Shown here: positions 56,564-64,000 of the stretch, piece by piece | Layout: every line of letters begins with the position of its first letter | Numbering within the stretch: the stretch's first letter is position 1 | DNA from: Clostridia bacterium | GTDB lineage: Bacteria > Bacillota > Clostridia > Christensenellales > Borkfalkiaceae | Direction of reading: 5' to 3' | DNA length: 64,000 nucleotides | Assembly (NCBI GenBank): GCA_900768525.1 | Contig: CAAGDF010000003.1 | Coordinates: 892-64,891, forward strand | Program-made: the position numbers and the translations under genes | Notes under the pieces: model-generated | Databases searched by the model: none | Told to the model about the DNA's origin: nothing | The model's input: the letters and a program-made list of their open reading frames with translations, nothing else

Positions 56564-57784
56564 TTATTTGCGCTTTTTGTCATCGTAACCATATTTGCCG
56601 CTGTCTTCCGCTGCTTTGAAATTATAAACGGGCTTTACGATGTCGATAATTTTAACCGTGTCGCCTATACGGTTTATTATGTCCTTCGTCGGTTTATAAG
56701 CCATAGGCGATTCGTCCAAAGTCGATTCGTTTGCGGTAGTGGTAAAAATGCCGTTCATCTCGGCTTGAAATTCCTCTACCGTGAATATTTTTTTTGCCGC
56801 GCTGCGGCTGTACAAACGTCCGGCGCCGTGCGGAGCAGAACAGTTCCAGTCTTCGTTTCCCAAGCCCTCGCAAATCAGACAGCCGTCTTTCATATTCATG
56901 GGTATTATCAGTTTTTGCCCCTTGTGCGCGGGCACTGCGCCTTTGCGGATTATGCCTTTTTCGTCTATAAAATTGTGCACGGTTTCAAATGCCGGAAATT
57001 TTGTTATTTTCAGATATTTAACTATTTTGTCGCACATTTTTTTGCGGTTGGCAACGGCAAAATCCTGGCAAATACGCATATCGTGCATGTAATTTTGCAT
57101 CGAAATGCCTTCAAGATAGCAAAATTCCGCGGTAAGTTTGGTGCGGTGCGCGTATTTTGCGGTAAGTTCTTTAAGGGCGTTCGGAATATCGGCAACTCTG
57201 CCTTGTGATTTCAGTCTTTCGATCAGTTCTTCACGTTCTTTTTGCGGAGCGTTTTTGCATTCTTCCACGGCTTTTTTGGTGTAAATCTTCGCCACTTGCA
57301 AGCCGAGATTTCTCGAACCGCTGTGAATAATCAGATATTTATCGCCATTTTTCGCTTTATCTACCTCGATAAAATGATTGCCGCCACCGAGCGTTCCGAG
57401 CGAACCGTACACGCGGCAAAGATCCCGCAGTTGACTTTTGCAAAGCAATTTGTCGGCAAAAGGCTTGCGGTCCGAGTCTTTCTCGTTGTAATCGCTGCCT
57501 GCGGGGATCTCGTTTTTGATAAAATCGTCAAGTGCGGCGTAGTCGATTTTTATATTGCCGAGATTAACCGTAAGCATACCGCAGCCGATGTCCACGCCGA
57601 TGACGTTCGGTACTATTTTATCGGTCATAGTCGAGGTAAAACCCACAACGCAACCCGCACCCGAGTGTGCGTCGGGCATAATGCGCACTTTTGCACCCTC
57701 AAACGGCGGTTTTGCTATCATTTCGTATATTTGGTTGATTGCCGACGGCTCTATAAGGTCGGTAAAAATTTTTAAATCGTACAT
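56564..57784 (-). CDS. rtcB: RtcB-family RNA 3'-phosphate ligase
   Basis: 406 aa with VRIMPDAHSGAGCVVG, GGGNHFIE, IHSGSRNLG and CSAPHGAGR. Confidence 0.93.
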   Translation of the reverse strand: MYDLKIFTDLIEPSAINQIYEMIAKPPFEGAKVRIMPDAHSGAGCVVGFTSTMTDKIVPNVIGVDIGCGMLTVNLGNIKIDYAALDDFIKNEIPAGSDYNEKDSDRKPFADKLLCKSQLRDLCRVYGSLGTLGGGNHFIEVDKAKNGDKYLIIHSGSRNLGLQVAKIYTKKAVEECKNAPQKEREELIERLKSQGRVADIPNALKELTAKYAHRTKLTAEFCYLEGISMQNYMHDMRICQDFAVANRKKMCDKIVKYLKITKFPAFETVHNFIDEKGIIRKGAVPAHKGQKLIIPMNMKDGCLICEGLGNEDWNCSAPHGAGRLYSRSAAKKIFTVEEFQAEMNGIFTTTANESTLDESPMAYKPTKDIINRIGDTVKIIDIVKPVYNFKAAEDSGKYGYDDKKRK

Positions 57785-57900
57785 ATTTTTCGTTATGCGG
57801 CGGTTCGTAAACCGATTGCGTAAAAGCGACGGCGCCTGAAAGAGCGCAGGTCAACGGTCGGAAATGTTTTCACAAATGCAAACCACGTATTATCGGGTTT

Positions 57901-57925
57901 AAAAAACCGCCGCGAAAAGCGACGG
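57901..57925 (-). terminator. Intrinsic terminator of the SRP RNA gene
   Basis: Minus-strand RNA ccgucgc-uuuuc-gcggcgg followed by UUUUUU (plus 57901-57906 is an A-run). Confidence 0.8.
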
Positions 57926-57940
57926 AGATAATCAAAAAAG

Positions 57941-58206
57941 GCCGTGCATCCGCTTTGACGTAAGGCACCGATGCGGGGGCAGCACAGGTGGCTCCTTCAA
58001 AGCTACCTCATGGCACACGAAGCATATCCGCTTAGTGCTGCTATATCCCTATCCTGACACGGTTCACGGCAGTCCGTTGCATAAGACCTTGATATCATCA
58101 CTCCTTATGCTGCTCTGCCATCCATGCGATGCGCCGGGGCGGACCTGCGGTCTTGCTATAGCGGATTGCAAGTTCAGGGCACCGCTAACTCCCCACCTGG
58201 CACGGC
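57941..58206 (-). ncRNA. ffs: Signal recognition particle RNA, long Bacillus-type (scRNA with Alu domain)
   Basis: The 266-nt minus-strand RNA begins GCCGUGCCAGGUGGGGAGUUAGCGGUGCCCUGAACUUGCAAUCCGCUAUAGCA, which is close to the B. subtilis scRNA 5' Alu domain. Domain IV reads GUCAGG-AUA-GGGA-UAU-AGCAGC (compare UCAGGUCCGGAAGGAAGCAGC). The 5' GCCGUGC pairs with the 3' GCACGGC. Confidence 0.92.
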
Positions 58207-58212
58207 TATGTT

Positions 58213-58241
58213 ATTTTATACCAAAGCGATAAATAAATCAA
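58213..58241 (-). promoter_or_regulatory. Sigma-A-type promoter (TTGATT-17-TAAAAT) of ffs
   Basis: Minus strand: TTGATT is plus 58236-58241 and TAAAAT is plus 58213-58218, placing the -10 hexamer 6 nt upstream of the RNA 5' end. Confidence 0.6.
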
Positions 58242-58371
58242 GCAAAAAAAGGCAAAAAGGTCAAAAAGAAATAAACGGTTATGCGATTAAATGCAAAATT
58301 TGCCGAAAAACGCTTTACACATTTTTTTACGTATGTTAAAATGATTTCATATTCAATACATTATATAATGC

Positions 58372-58705
58372 GAAACGGAAACACGCCTTTGGGGGCGGTT
58401 TTACAAAGCGAGGCAGGGGCGGTGCGAGCCTGCCGTAAAATCCCCATGGGTATCCTTCCGCAGCACAGCCTTCGAAGACGTGGCGCAATCGGCTTAAGTT
58501 TGCGCGGGCGGAATAGTCGGTTGCGTGATCCTCGCGTCAAGGGGGTTGAGTGCGCTCGGCGTTTATCGGTATACGTTTTGGCGTGCGCGGCAATTTTTGT
58601 GGTTTGCCGTGTCGCTGTCTGTGTTTTACTTGTGTTATCGCCGTGCGAAAAAGAGTGGTAACGCGGTAACTCCGTCTCTTTACGAGGCAGGGGTTATTTT
58701 TTTTG
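58372..58705 (+). promoter_or_regulatory. T-box riboswitch leader (Ile) controlling ileS
   Basis: Stem I distal platform AGCGAGgcaggGGCGGUGCGAGCCugcc (58407-58434). Candidate AUC specifier at 58440-58442. T-box sequence AGAGUGGUAACGCGG at 58652-58666, with UGGU able to pair to the ACCA end. Terminator aactccgtctc/gaggcaggggtt (58668-58695) followed by U8. Confidence 0.75.
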
Positions 58706-58798
58706 TCCGCAAGGTTTGTAGTTTCCGGCGGTTTCCGCCGTATGCAGACGTACCGCCCGATTATAAAGCATTGTAAAATAACGGAAGGGAGTAAAACC

Positions 58799-61700
58799 AT
58801 GTACAAAAAAGTCGATACTTCGATGAACTTTTTAGACAGAGAGAAAGAGGTTCTTGATTTCTGGAAAGAGAACGACGTTTTTGAAAAAAGTCTTGAAAAG
58901 ACCAAAGACGGCGAAGAATTTTGTTTTTACGACGGACCGCCCACGGCGAACGGCAAGCCGCATATCGGGCATGTTTTAACGCGCGTTATGAAGGATATTA
59001 TACCCAGATTTAAAACGATGAAGGGCATGCACGTCGCGAGAAAAGCGGGGTGGGATACCCACGGACTGCCCGTCGAACTCGAAATCGAAAAGAAATTAGG
59101 GCTTGACGGCAAGCAGGATATCGAAAAGTACGGTATCGAGCCGTTTATCAAGCAATGCAAAGAAAGCGTATGGAAATACGTTGGCGAATGGGAGAAGATG
59201 TCCGACCGTATAGGTTACTGGGTGGACATGGACAACCCGTACGTTACTTATAAAGACGATTATATCGAGTCCGAATGGTGGGCGCTCAAAAAGATCTGGG
59301 AAAAAGGTTTGTTATACAAGGGCTACAAAATCGTGCCTTACTGCCCGCGCTGCGGCACAGCGCTTTCCTCGCATGAGGTTGCGCAAGGGTATAAGGACGT
59401 AAAAGAAAAATCGATATACGTTAAGTTCAAAGCAAAAGGCGAGGATAAGTATTATCTCGTATGGACGACCACGCCGTGGACGTTGCCGTCAAACGTGGCT
59501 TTGTGTATGAACGCCAAAGAAAACTACGTGGAGATCGAAGCCGACGGAACGAGATACGTTCTTGCCGAAGCACTCGCGCCCAAGCTCTTTGAAGATTACA
59601 CGGTAATAAGTACAAAAAAGGGTAAAGATTACGAATATGCCGAATACGAGCCTATGTTCGGTTACGCAGTAGGTTCGTTCAAAGAAAAGGCGTTCTACGT
59701 TACCAATGCGGAATACGTTACGCTTACCGACGGCACGGGTATAGTTCACATTGCGCCCGCTTTCGGCGAGGACGACGCCAACGTGGGCAGAGCATACAAT
59801 CTGCCGTTCGTTCAGATGGTCGGTCCCGACGGCAAGTTCGTCGAAGCGGTTACCGATTACAAGGGCATGTTCTGCAAAGACGCCGACAAACAGATAATCG
59901 CAGACCTTAAAGCGAAGAACGTATTGTTCAAAGAGTTAATGTACGAACACAGCTATCCGCATTGCTGGCGCTGCAACACGCCGCTCATTTACTATGCGAG
60001 AAACAGCTGGTTCATAAAGATGACCGCCGTGCGCGACGAGCTTCTCAAAGCCAACGCGTCGGTCAACTGGATGCCCCCCACGATAGGCACGGGGCGTATG
60101 GGCAACTTCCTTGAAAACGTTATCGACTGGGGTTTATCCCGCGAGCGTTACTGGGGAACTCCGCTGCCCGTGTGGGTTTGTAAAGACTGCGGAAAAGTGC
60201 ATGTGATCGGTTCTCGTCAGGAATTGTACGAACTGTCGGGCAAAAAGAACGTCGAACTGCACCGTCCGTTTATCGACGAAGTTACTTTCAAGTGCGATAA
60301 GTGCGGCGGCGAAATGCACAGGGTAAAAGAGGTTATCGACTGCTGGTTCGATTCGGGCTCGATGCCGTTTGCTCAGCTGCACTATCCGTTTGAAAACAAA
60401 GAACTGTTTGAAAAACGTTTCCCCGCAGACTTCATATCCGAAGCCGTCGATCAGACCAGAGGCTGGTTCTATACCTTGCTTGCGATTTCCACGCTGCTGT
60501 TCGATAAAGCTCCGTTCAAAAACTGCATAGTTTTGGGGCATGTAAACGACAAGAACGGCATCAAGATGAGTAAACACCTCGGCAACGTCGTCGATCCGTG
60601 GAGCGTGCTCGATAAGCAGGGCGCGGACGCGGTAAGATGGTATTTCTACACGTCATCCGCTCCGTGGCTGCCGTCAAGGTTTTATGAGGATGCGGTAAGC
60701 GAATGTCAGCGTAAATTCATGGGTACGCTGTGGAACACTTATGCGTTCTTCGTGCTGTACGCCGAAATAGATAAATACGATCCGTCGAAATACAACCTCA
60801 AAGATTGCAAACTGTCGCTTATGGATCGTTGGGTGCTTTCAAAACTCAACACGCTGGTAAAGACGGTAAACGACGGTCTCGAAGAATACAAGATTTTTGA
60901 AACCTCGCGCGCGATAGAAAGTTTCGTGGACGAACTGTCAAACTGGTACGTTCGCCGCGGCAGAGAAAGATATTGGGGCAGCGATATGACTGATGACAAG
61001 GCTGCCGCATACACCACGCTGTGGACTGTGCTCGTAACCCTTTCCAAAGTGCTTGCGCCTTACACGCCGTTTATGGCTGAAAGTATCTACCGCAACCTTG
61101 TTCCGCAATTTTTTGCCGACGCGCCGATATCCGTCCACCTTTGCGATTTCCCGAAGTGCGACGAAAGCATGATCGATACCGAACTCGAAGAGGGTATGGA
61201 GGACGTTCTCAGCATAGTTCTGCTCGGCAGAAGCGCGAGAAACATATCCAACGTAAAGAACAGACAGCCGCTTTCTAAGCTGTACGTAGCTACCGACAAA
61301 ACGGTTAAACTCACCGAAGGTCTTTACGAAATCGCCCGCGACGAACTTAACGTTAAGCAGCTCGAACTGCTGCACGACGCAACAAGGTTCGTAAGCTACA
61401 AAATCAAACCGCAGTTAAAAACGTTGGGTCCTAAATACGGCAAAAAACTCAACGCTATCCGCACCTTCCTCGAAACGTGCAATACCGCCGAGGTTGTCGC
61501 AACCGTCAAGGCGGGCAAGACCTATAAAACGGTCATCGACGGCGACGAAGTCGAATTCACGCTCGACGACCTGCTCATCGGTTCGGAGAGTGCGGAGGGT
61601 TATGTGTCCGCAAGCGAAAACGGCCTTACCGTCGTTTTGGACGTTCATCTTACGCCCGAACTTATCGCCGAGGGAATCATGCGCGAACTCGTATCTAAAA

Positions 61701-61930
61701 TACAGACCATGCGTAAAGAGGCGGGTTTCGAGGTAACCGACAGAATAGTTCTGCGTTACAAAGCCGAGGGCGAATCGCTCAAAGTGCTTAAAAACAACGA
61801 AAACGAGATTAAAGAAAGCGTTTTGGCTGCCAAAGTCGCGGAAGAAGATCCCGCTACGGCAGGTTACGCAAAAGAATTCACGGTAAACGACGACAACGTT
61901 ACGTTATCCGTGGAAAAATATAACGGTTGA
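58799..61930 (+). CDS. ileS: Isoleucine--tRNA ligase (type 2, long form)
   Basis: HIGH motif PTANGKPHIGHVL, KMSKS motif IKMSKHLGN, and a CP1 editing domain. ATG at 58799 (MYKKVDTSMNF) with a GGAAGGGAG RBS; the ORF-track start at 58703 lies inside the T-box terminator. Confidence 0.97.
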   Translation: MYKKVDTSMNFLDREKEVLDFWKENDVFEKSLEKTKDGEEFCFYDGPPTANGKPHIGHVLTRVMKDIIPRFKTMKGMHVARKAGWDTHGLPVELEIEKKLGLDGKQDIEKYGIEPFIKQCKESVWKYVGEWEKMSDRIGYWVDMDNPYVTYKDDYIESEWWALKKIWEKGLLYKGYKIVPYCPRCGTALSSHEVAQGYKDVKEKSIYVKFKAKGEDKYYLVWTTTPWTLPSNVALCMNAKENYVEIEADGTRYVLAEALAPKLFEDYTVISTKKGKDYEYAEYEPMFGYAVGSFKEKAFYVTNAEYVTLTDGTGIVHIAPAFGEDDANVGRAYNLPFVQMVGPDGKFVEAVTDYKGMFCKDADKQIIADLKAKNVLFKELMYEHSYPHCWRCNTPLIYYARNSWFIKMTAVRDELLKANASVNWMPPTIGTGRMGNFLENVIDWGLSRERYWGTPLPVWVCKDCGKVHVIGSRQELYELSGKKNVELHRPFIDEVTFKCDKCGGEMHRVKEVIDCWFDSGSMPFAQLHYPFENKELFEKRFPADFISEAVDQTRGWFYTLLAISTLLFDKAPFKNCIVLGHVNDKNGIKMSKHLGNVVDPWSVLDKQGADAVRWYFYTSSAPWLPSRFYEDAVSECQRKFMGTLWNTYAFFVLYAEIDKYDPSKYNLKDCKLSLMDRWVLSKLNTLVKTVNDGLEEYKIFETSRAIESFVDELSNWYVRRGRERYWGSDMTDDKAAAYTTLWTVLVTLSKVLAPYTPFMAESIYRNLVPQFFADAPISVHLCDFPKCDESMIDTELEEGMEDVLSIVLLGRSARNISNVKNRQPLSKLYVATDKTVKLTEGLYEIARDELNVKQLELLHDATRFVSYKIKPQLKTLGPKYGKKLNAIRTFLETCNTAEVVATVKAGKTYKTVIDGDEVEFTLDDLLIGSESAEGYVSASENGLTVVLDVHLTPELIAEGIMRELVSKIQTMRKEAGFEVTDRIVLRYKAEGESLKVLKNNENEIKESVLAAKVAEEDPATAGYAKEFTVNDDNVTLSVEKYNG

Positions 61931-61940
61931 CGGTGGCGGT

Positions 61941-62801
61941 ATGAGAGCTGCCGACAAATGGCGCGATTACACCGTAATCGCAACCGGAGACGGATATAAA
62001 TTGGAGCGGTGGGGCAAAGTGGTTTTGCTTCGCCCCGATCCGCAGGTCATATGGAAACCGACTATCGATATGTCGGCGTACAAGGGGCTTGACGCAAAAT
62101 ACACGCGCAGCGAAAGCGGCGGAGGGAAATGGCAATATTTCGGCAAAGTTCCCGACGAATGGACTATTTCCTACGACGACCTTACTTTTAAAATCAAACC
62201 CATGGGGTTTAAGCACACGGGGCTTTTTCCCGAGCAAGCCGTAAACTGGGATATTATGCGCGGGCTTATAAAAAACGCGGGCAGACCGATTTCGGTTCTG
62301 AATCTATTTGCGTACACCGGCGGCGCAACCGTGGCATGTCTTAATGCGGGCGCGTCCGTTTGCCATGTCGACGCGGCGAAAGGTATGGTAGAGCGCGCGG
62401 GCGAAAACGTAAGGTTGTCGGGTTTGTCCGATAAACCCGTGCGGTTTATCGTGGACGACTGCAAAAAATTCGTTCAGCGCGAAATCCGGCGCGGAAGAAA
62501 GTACGACGCGATCATAATGGATCCGCCGAGTTACGGCAGGGGGCCCAACGGCGAAATGTGGAAGCTGGAAAACGAGCTTTGCGATCTTGTGGATTTATGC
62601 ACGCAGGTACTTTCGGAAAGACCGTTGTTTTTCCTCATAAACAGTTACACGACGGGGCTTCAGCCGCAGGTGCTTAAAAACGTGCTTACGCTTGCCATGA
62701 AAAATTACGACGGCGAAACCGACGCTTACGAAGTCGGTTTGCCCACCGAAGAGGGCATAATACTTCCGTGCGGCGCAAGCGGGTTGTTTATAGGTAAATA
62801 A
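61941..62801 (+). CDS. Class I SAM-dependent (RlmI/COG1092-like) RNA methyltransferase
   Basis: GLFPEQAVNW, the SAM-binding motif VLNLFAYTGGATVA, and the catalytic IIMDPPSYG. Confidence 0.8.
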   Translation: MRAADKWRDYTVIATGDGYKLERWGKVVLLRPDPQVIWKPTIDMSAYKGLDAKYTRSESGGGKWQYFGKVPDEWTISYDDLTFKIKPMGFKHTGLFPEQAVNWDIMRGLIKNAGRPISVLNLFAYTGGATVACLNAGASVCHVDAAKGMVERAGENVRLSGLSDKPVRFIVDDCKKFVQREIRRGRKYDAIIMDPPSYGRGPNGEMWKLENELCDLVDLCTQVLSERPLFFLINSYTTGLQPQVLKNVLTLAMKNYDGETDAYEVGLPTEEGIILPCGASGLFIGK

Positions 62802-62856
62802 GGCGCGGCGAAATCGCCGAAATATCAATACAAAAAGAAAAAGCGGAGTTAAATAA

Positions 62857-63567
62857 ATGATTATGAAACCCGAAGACCTCGTAGTTCTTCACGAGGACAA
62901 CCATGTAATAGTGGTGTTAAAACCGCAAAACGTACCTTGTTGCGAGGACGAAACCAAGGATATGGACCTTTTGACGGTGGTAAAAGAGCATATAAGAATA
63001 AAGGAAAACAAACCGGGTAACGTCTATGCCGGGCTTGTCCACAGGCTGGACAGGGTTACCGGCGGCGTAATGGTTTACGCAAAAAGCTCCAAGGCGGCGT
63101 CGCGGCTTTCGGCTCAGATGCGCGAGGGTGATTTCGAAAAGAAATATTCGGCGGTAGTCGTGGGTACTCCGCATGACGATCGCGCAGTGCTTCGTCACTA
63201 CGTCAAGAAAAACCCCATAAACAATATGGTTTACGTTTGCGGGCAGACGGTAGAGGGCGCAAAGTTCTGCGAACTCGAATATTTCGTTCTGCAAAAGGAA
63301 AAGGGCTTGTCGCTTTGCAAAGTGATTTTGCATACGGGCAGAACGCACCAGATTCGCGTGCAGATGGCGGCGATAGGTTGCCCTGTATTCGGCGATATGC
63401 GCTACGGCGGCGAAAAGGCCGTCAAGGGCAATCTTGCGCTTTGGGCAACCGAGCTTGCGTTCACGCATCCGGTATCCGGGCAACGTCTTGTGTTCAAGGT
63501 CGAACCCCCGTTAGATAAAACGCCCTGGAATGTGTTCAACACCGAAAAATATATCGATAAATTTTAA
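62857..63567 (+). CDS. RluA-family pseudouridine synthase (no S4 domain)
   Basis: The catalytic motif HRLDRVTGGVMVYAKS and HTGRTHQIRVQMA. Confidence 0.88.
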   Translation: MIMKPEDLVVLHEDNHVIVVLKPQNVPCCEDETKDMDLLTVVKEHIRIKENKPGNVYAGLVHRLDRVTGGVMVYAKSSKAASRLSAQMREGDFEKKYSAVVVGTPHDDRAVLRHYVKKNPINNMVYVCGQTVEGAKFCELEYFVLQKEKGLSLCKVILHTGRTHQIRVQMAAIGCPVFGDMRYGGEKAVKGNLALWATELAFTHPVSGQRLVFKVEPPLDKTPWNVFNTEKYIDKF

Positions 63568-63677
63568 AAATCGGGTATTTCGGGCGTTGAAATTGCGGCG
63601 ATTTGCTTATAGTGCGATTGTTTATAAAACGAGTTGCATGCAGCGCGTTTTGCCGCTAAAAAAGAACGGAGAAAAAA

Positions 63678-64000
63678 ATGAACAGTATTTTCAACTTAAA
63701 TTTTCTTGCTGAAAACTCAAAAAACATATTTGATTTTATCACCAAAAATTTTGACGGAATGAGCGGCGTCGACGTTGCGAAAATGCTTGCCATGTGGGTG
63801 ATAGGCGGCGTGCTTATATTCCTTGCGATCAAAAAGGATATGGAACCGTCCTTGCTTTTGCCCATGGGTTTCGGTGCGATACTTTGCAACCTGCCCAACT
63901 CCGGCGCGATCGGCGCGGACGGACCGCTTACCACGCTTTATAACGCGGGTATAAGCAACGAGCTGTTTCCGCTGTTATTGTTCATCGGCATCGGCGCGAT
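63678..64000 (+). CDS. 5' part of a Na+-translocating decarboxylase beta subunit (OadB/GcdB family), running off the window
   Basis: The ATG at 63678 (GGAGAAAAAAATG) opens a frame to the window edge: MNSIFNLNFL...MLAMWVIGGVLIFLAIKKDMEPSLLLPMGFGAILCNLP...LYNAGISNELFPLLLFIGIGA. It is absent from the ORF track because there is no stop codon in the window. Confidence 0.75.
   Translation, partial: MNSIFNLNFLAENSKNIFDFITKNFDGMSGVDVAKMLAMWVIGGVLIFLAIKKDMEPSLLLPMGFGAILCNLPNSGAIGADGPLTTLYNAGISNELFPLLLFIGIGA

Noticed and set aside
58035-58339. Two small plus-strand ORFs (65 and 71 aa)
   Set aside because: They overlap the SRP RNA gene and its promoter on the opposite strand. The RNA assignment explains the sequence conservation pattern far better.
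58281-58905. ORFs of 126 aa (+), 83 aa (+) and 122 aa (-) upstream of ileS, and the ORF-track ileS start at 58703
   Set aside because: The region folds as a T-box leader (Stem I platform, T-box sequence, terminator). The true ileS start is the ATG at 58799, which has a good RBS.

Overview
This window looks like a core, housekeeping stretch of a Bacillota (Clostridia-like) chromosome. That placement rests on SpoVG, GlgD, a PyrR attenuator, a T-box leader, a preQ1 riboswitch and a long Bacillus-type SRP RNA. I call about 53 protein genes. In order they are: an amino-acid ABC transporter; the dnaG-rpoD-trmK-nif3-Zn-ribbon block; ruvX and a DUF1292 gene; rplS; a fatty-acid kinase / phospholipid cluster (fakA-fakB-GNAT-plsX-acpP); pyrR-uraA; a heterodimeric ABC exporter; an ECF sigma/anti-sigma pair; spoVG; murC; a vWA lipoprotein and a CPBP protease; rlmH, tadA, prs, pth and mfd; queT-tgt-yajC; a complete glycogen operon (glgB-C-D-A-P plus a GH13 enzyme); tex; rtcB; ileS; two RNA-modification enzymes; and the 5' end of a Na+-decarboxylase beta subunit. 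I found no tRNA, rRNA, CRISPR array, transposase, integrase or prophage gene. Promoters are unusually easy to read, with several exact TTGACA-17-TATAAT matches. The most interesting signal is not a gene. It is a dispersed 20-28 nt repeat, GCGATAATCGACYTATAGSC, plus a GCCGATAACGG variant class. There are at least 17 copies in both orientations, roughly one per 4 kb. Almost all sit in intergenic spacers next to stop or start codons, but three lie in frame inside coding sequence. Other points worth checking are a queT gene split by a frameshift in a T7 run just downstream of its riboswitch, a duplicated consensus-promoter module, a hairpin-rich 370-bp pth-mfd spacer, and unusual terminal extensions on GlgA, the DUF1292 protein and YajC. 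All protein-family calls come from reading motifs in the supplied translations. No database search was run.
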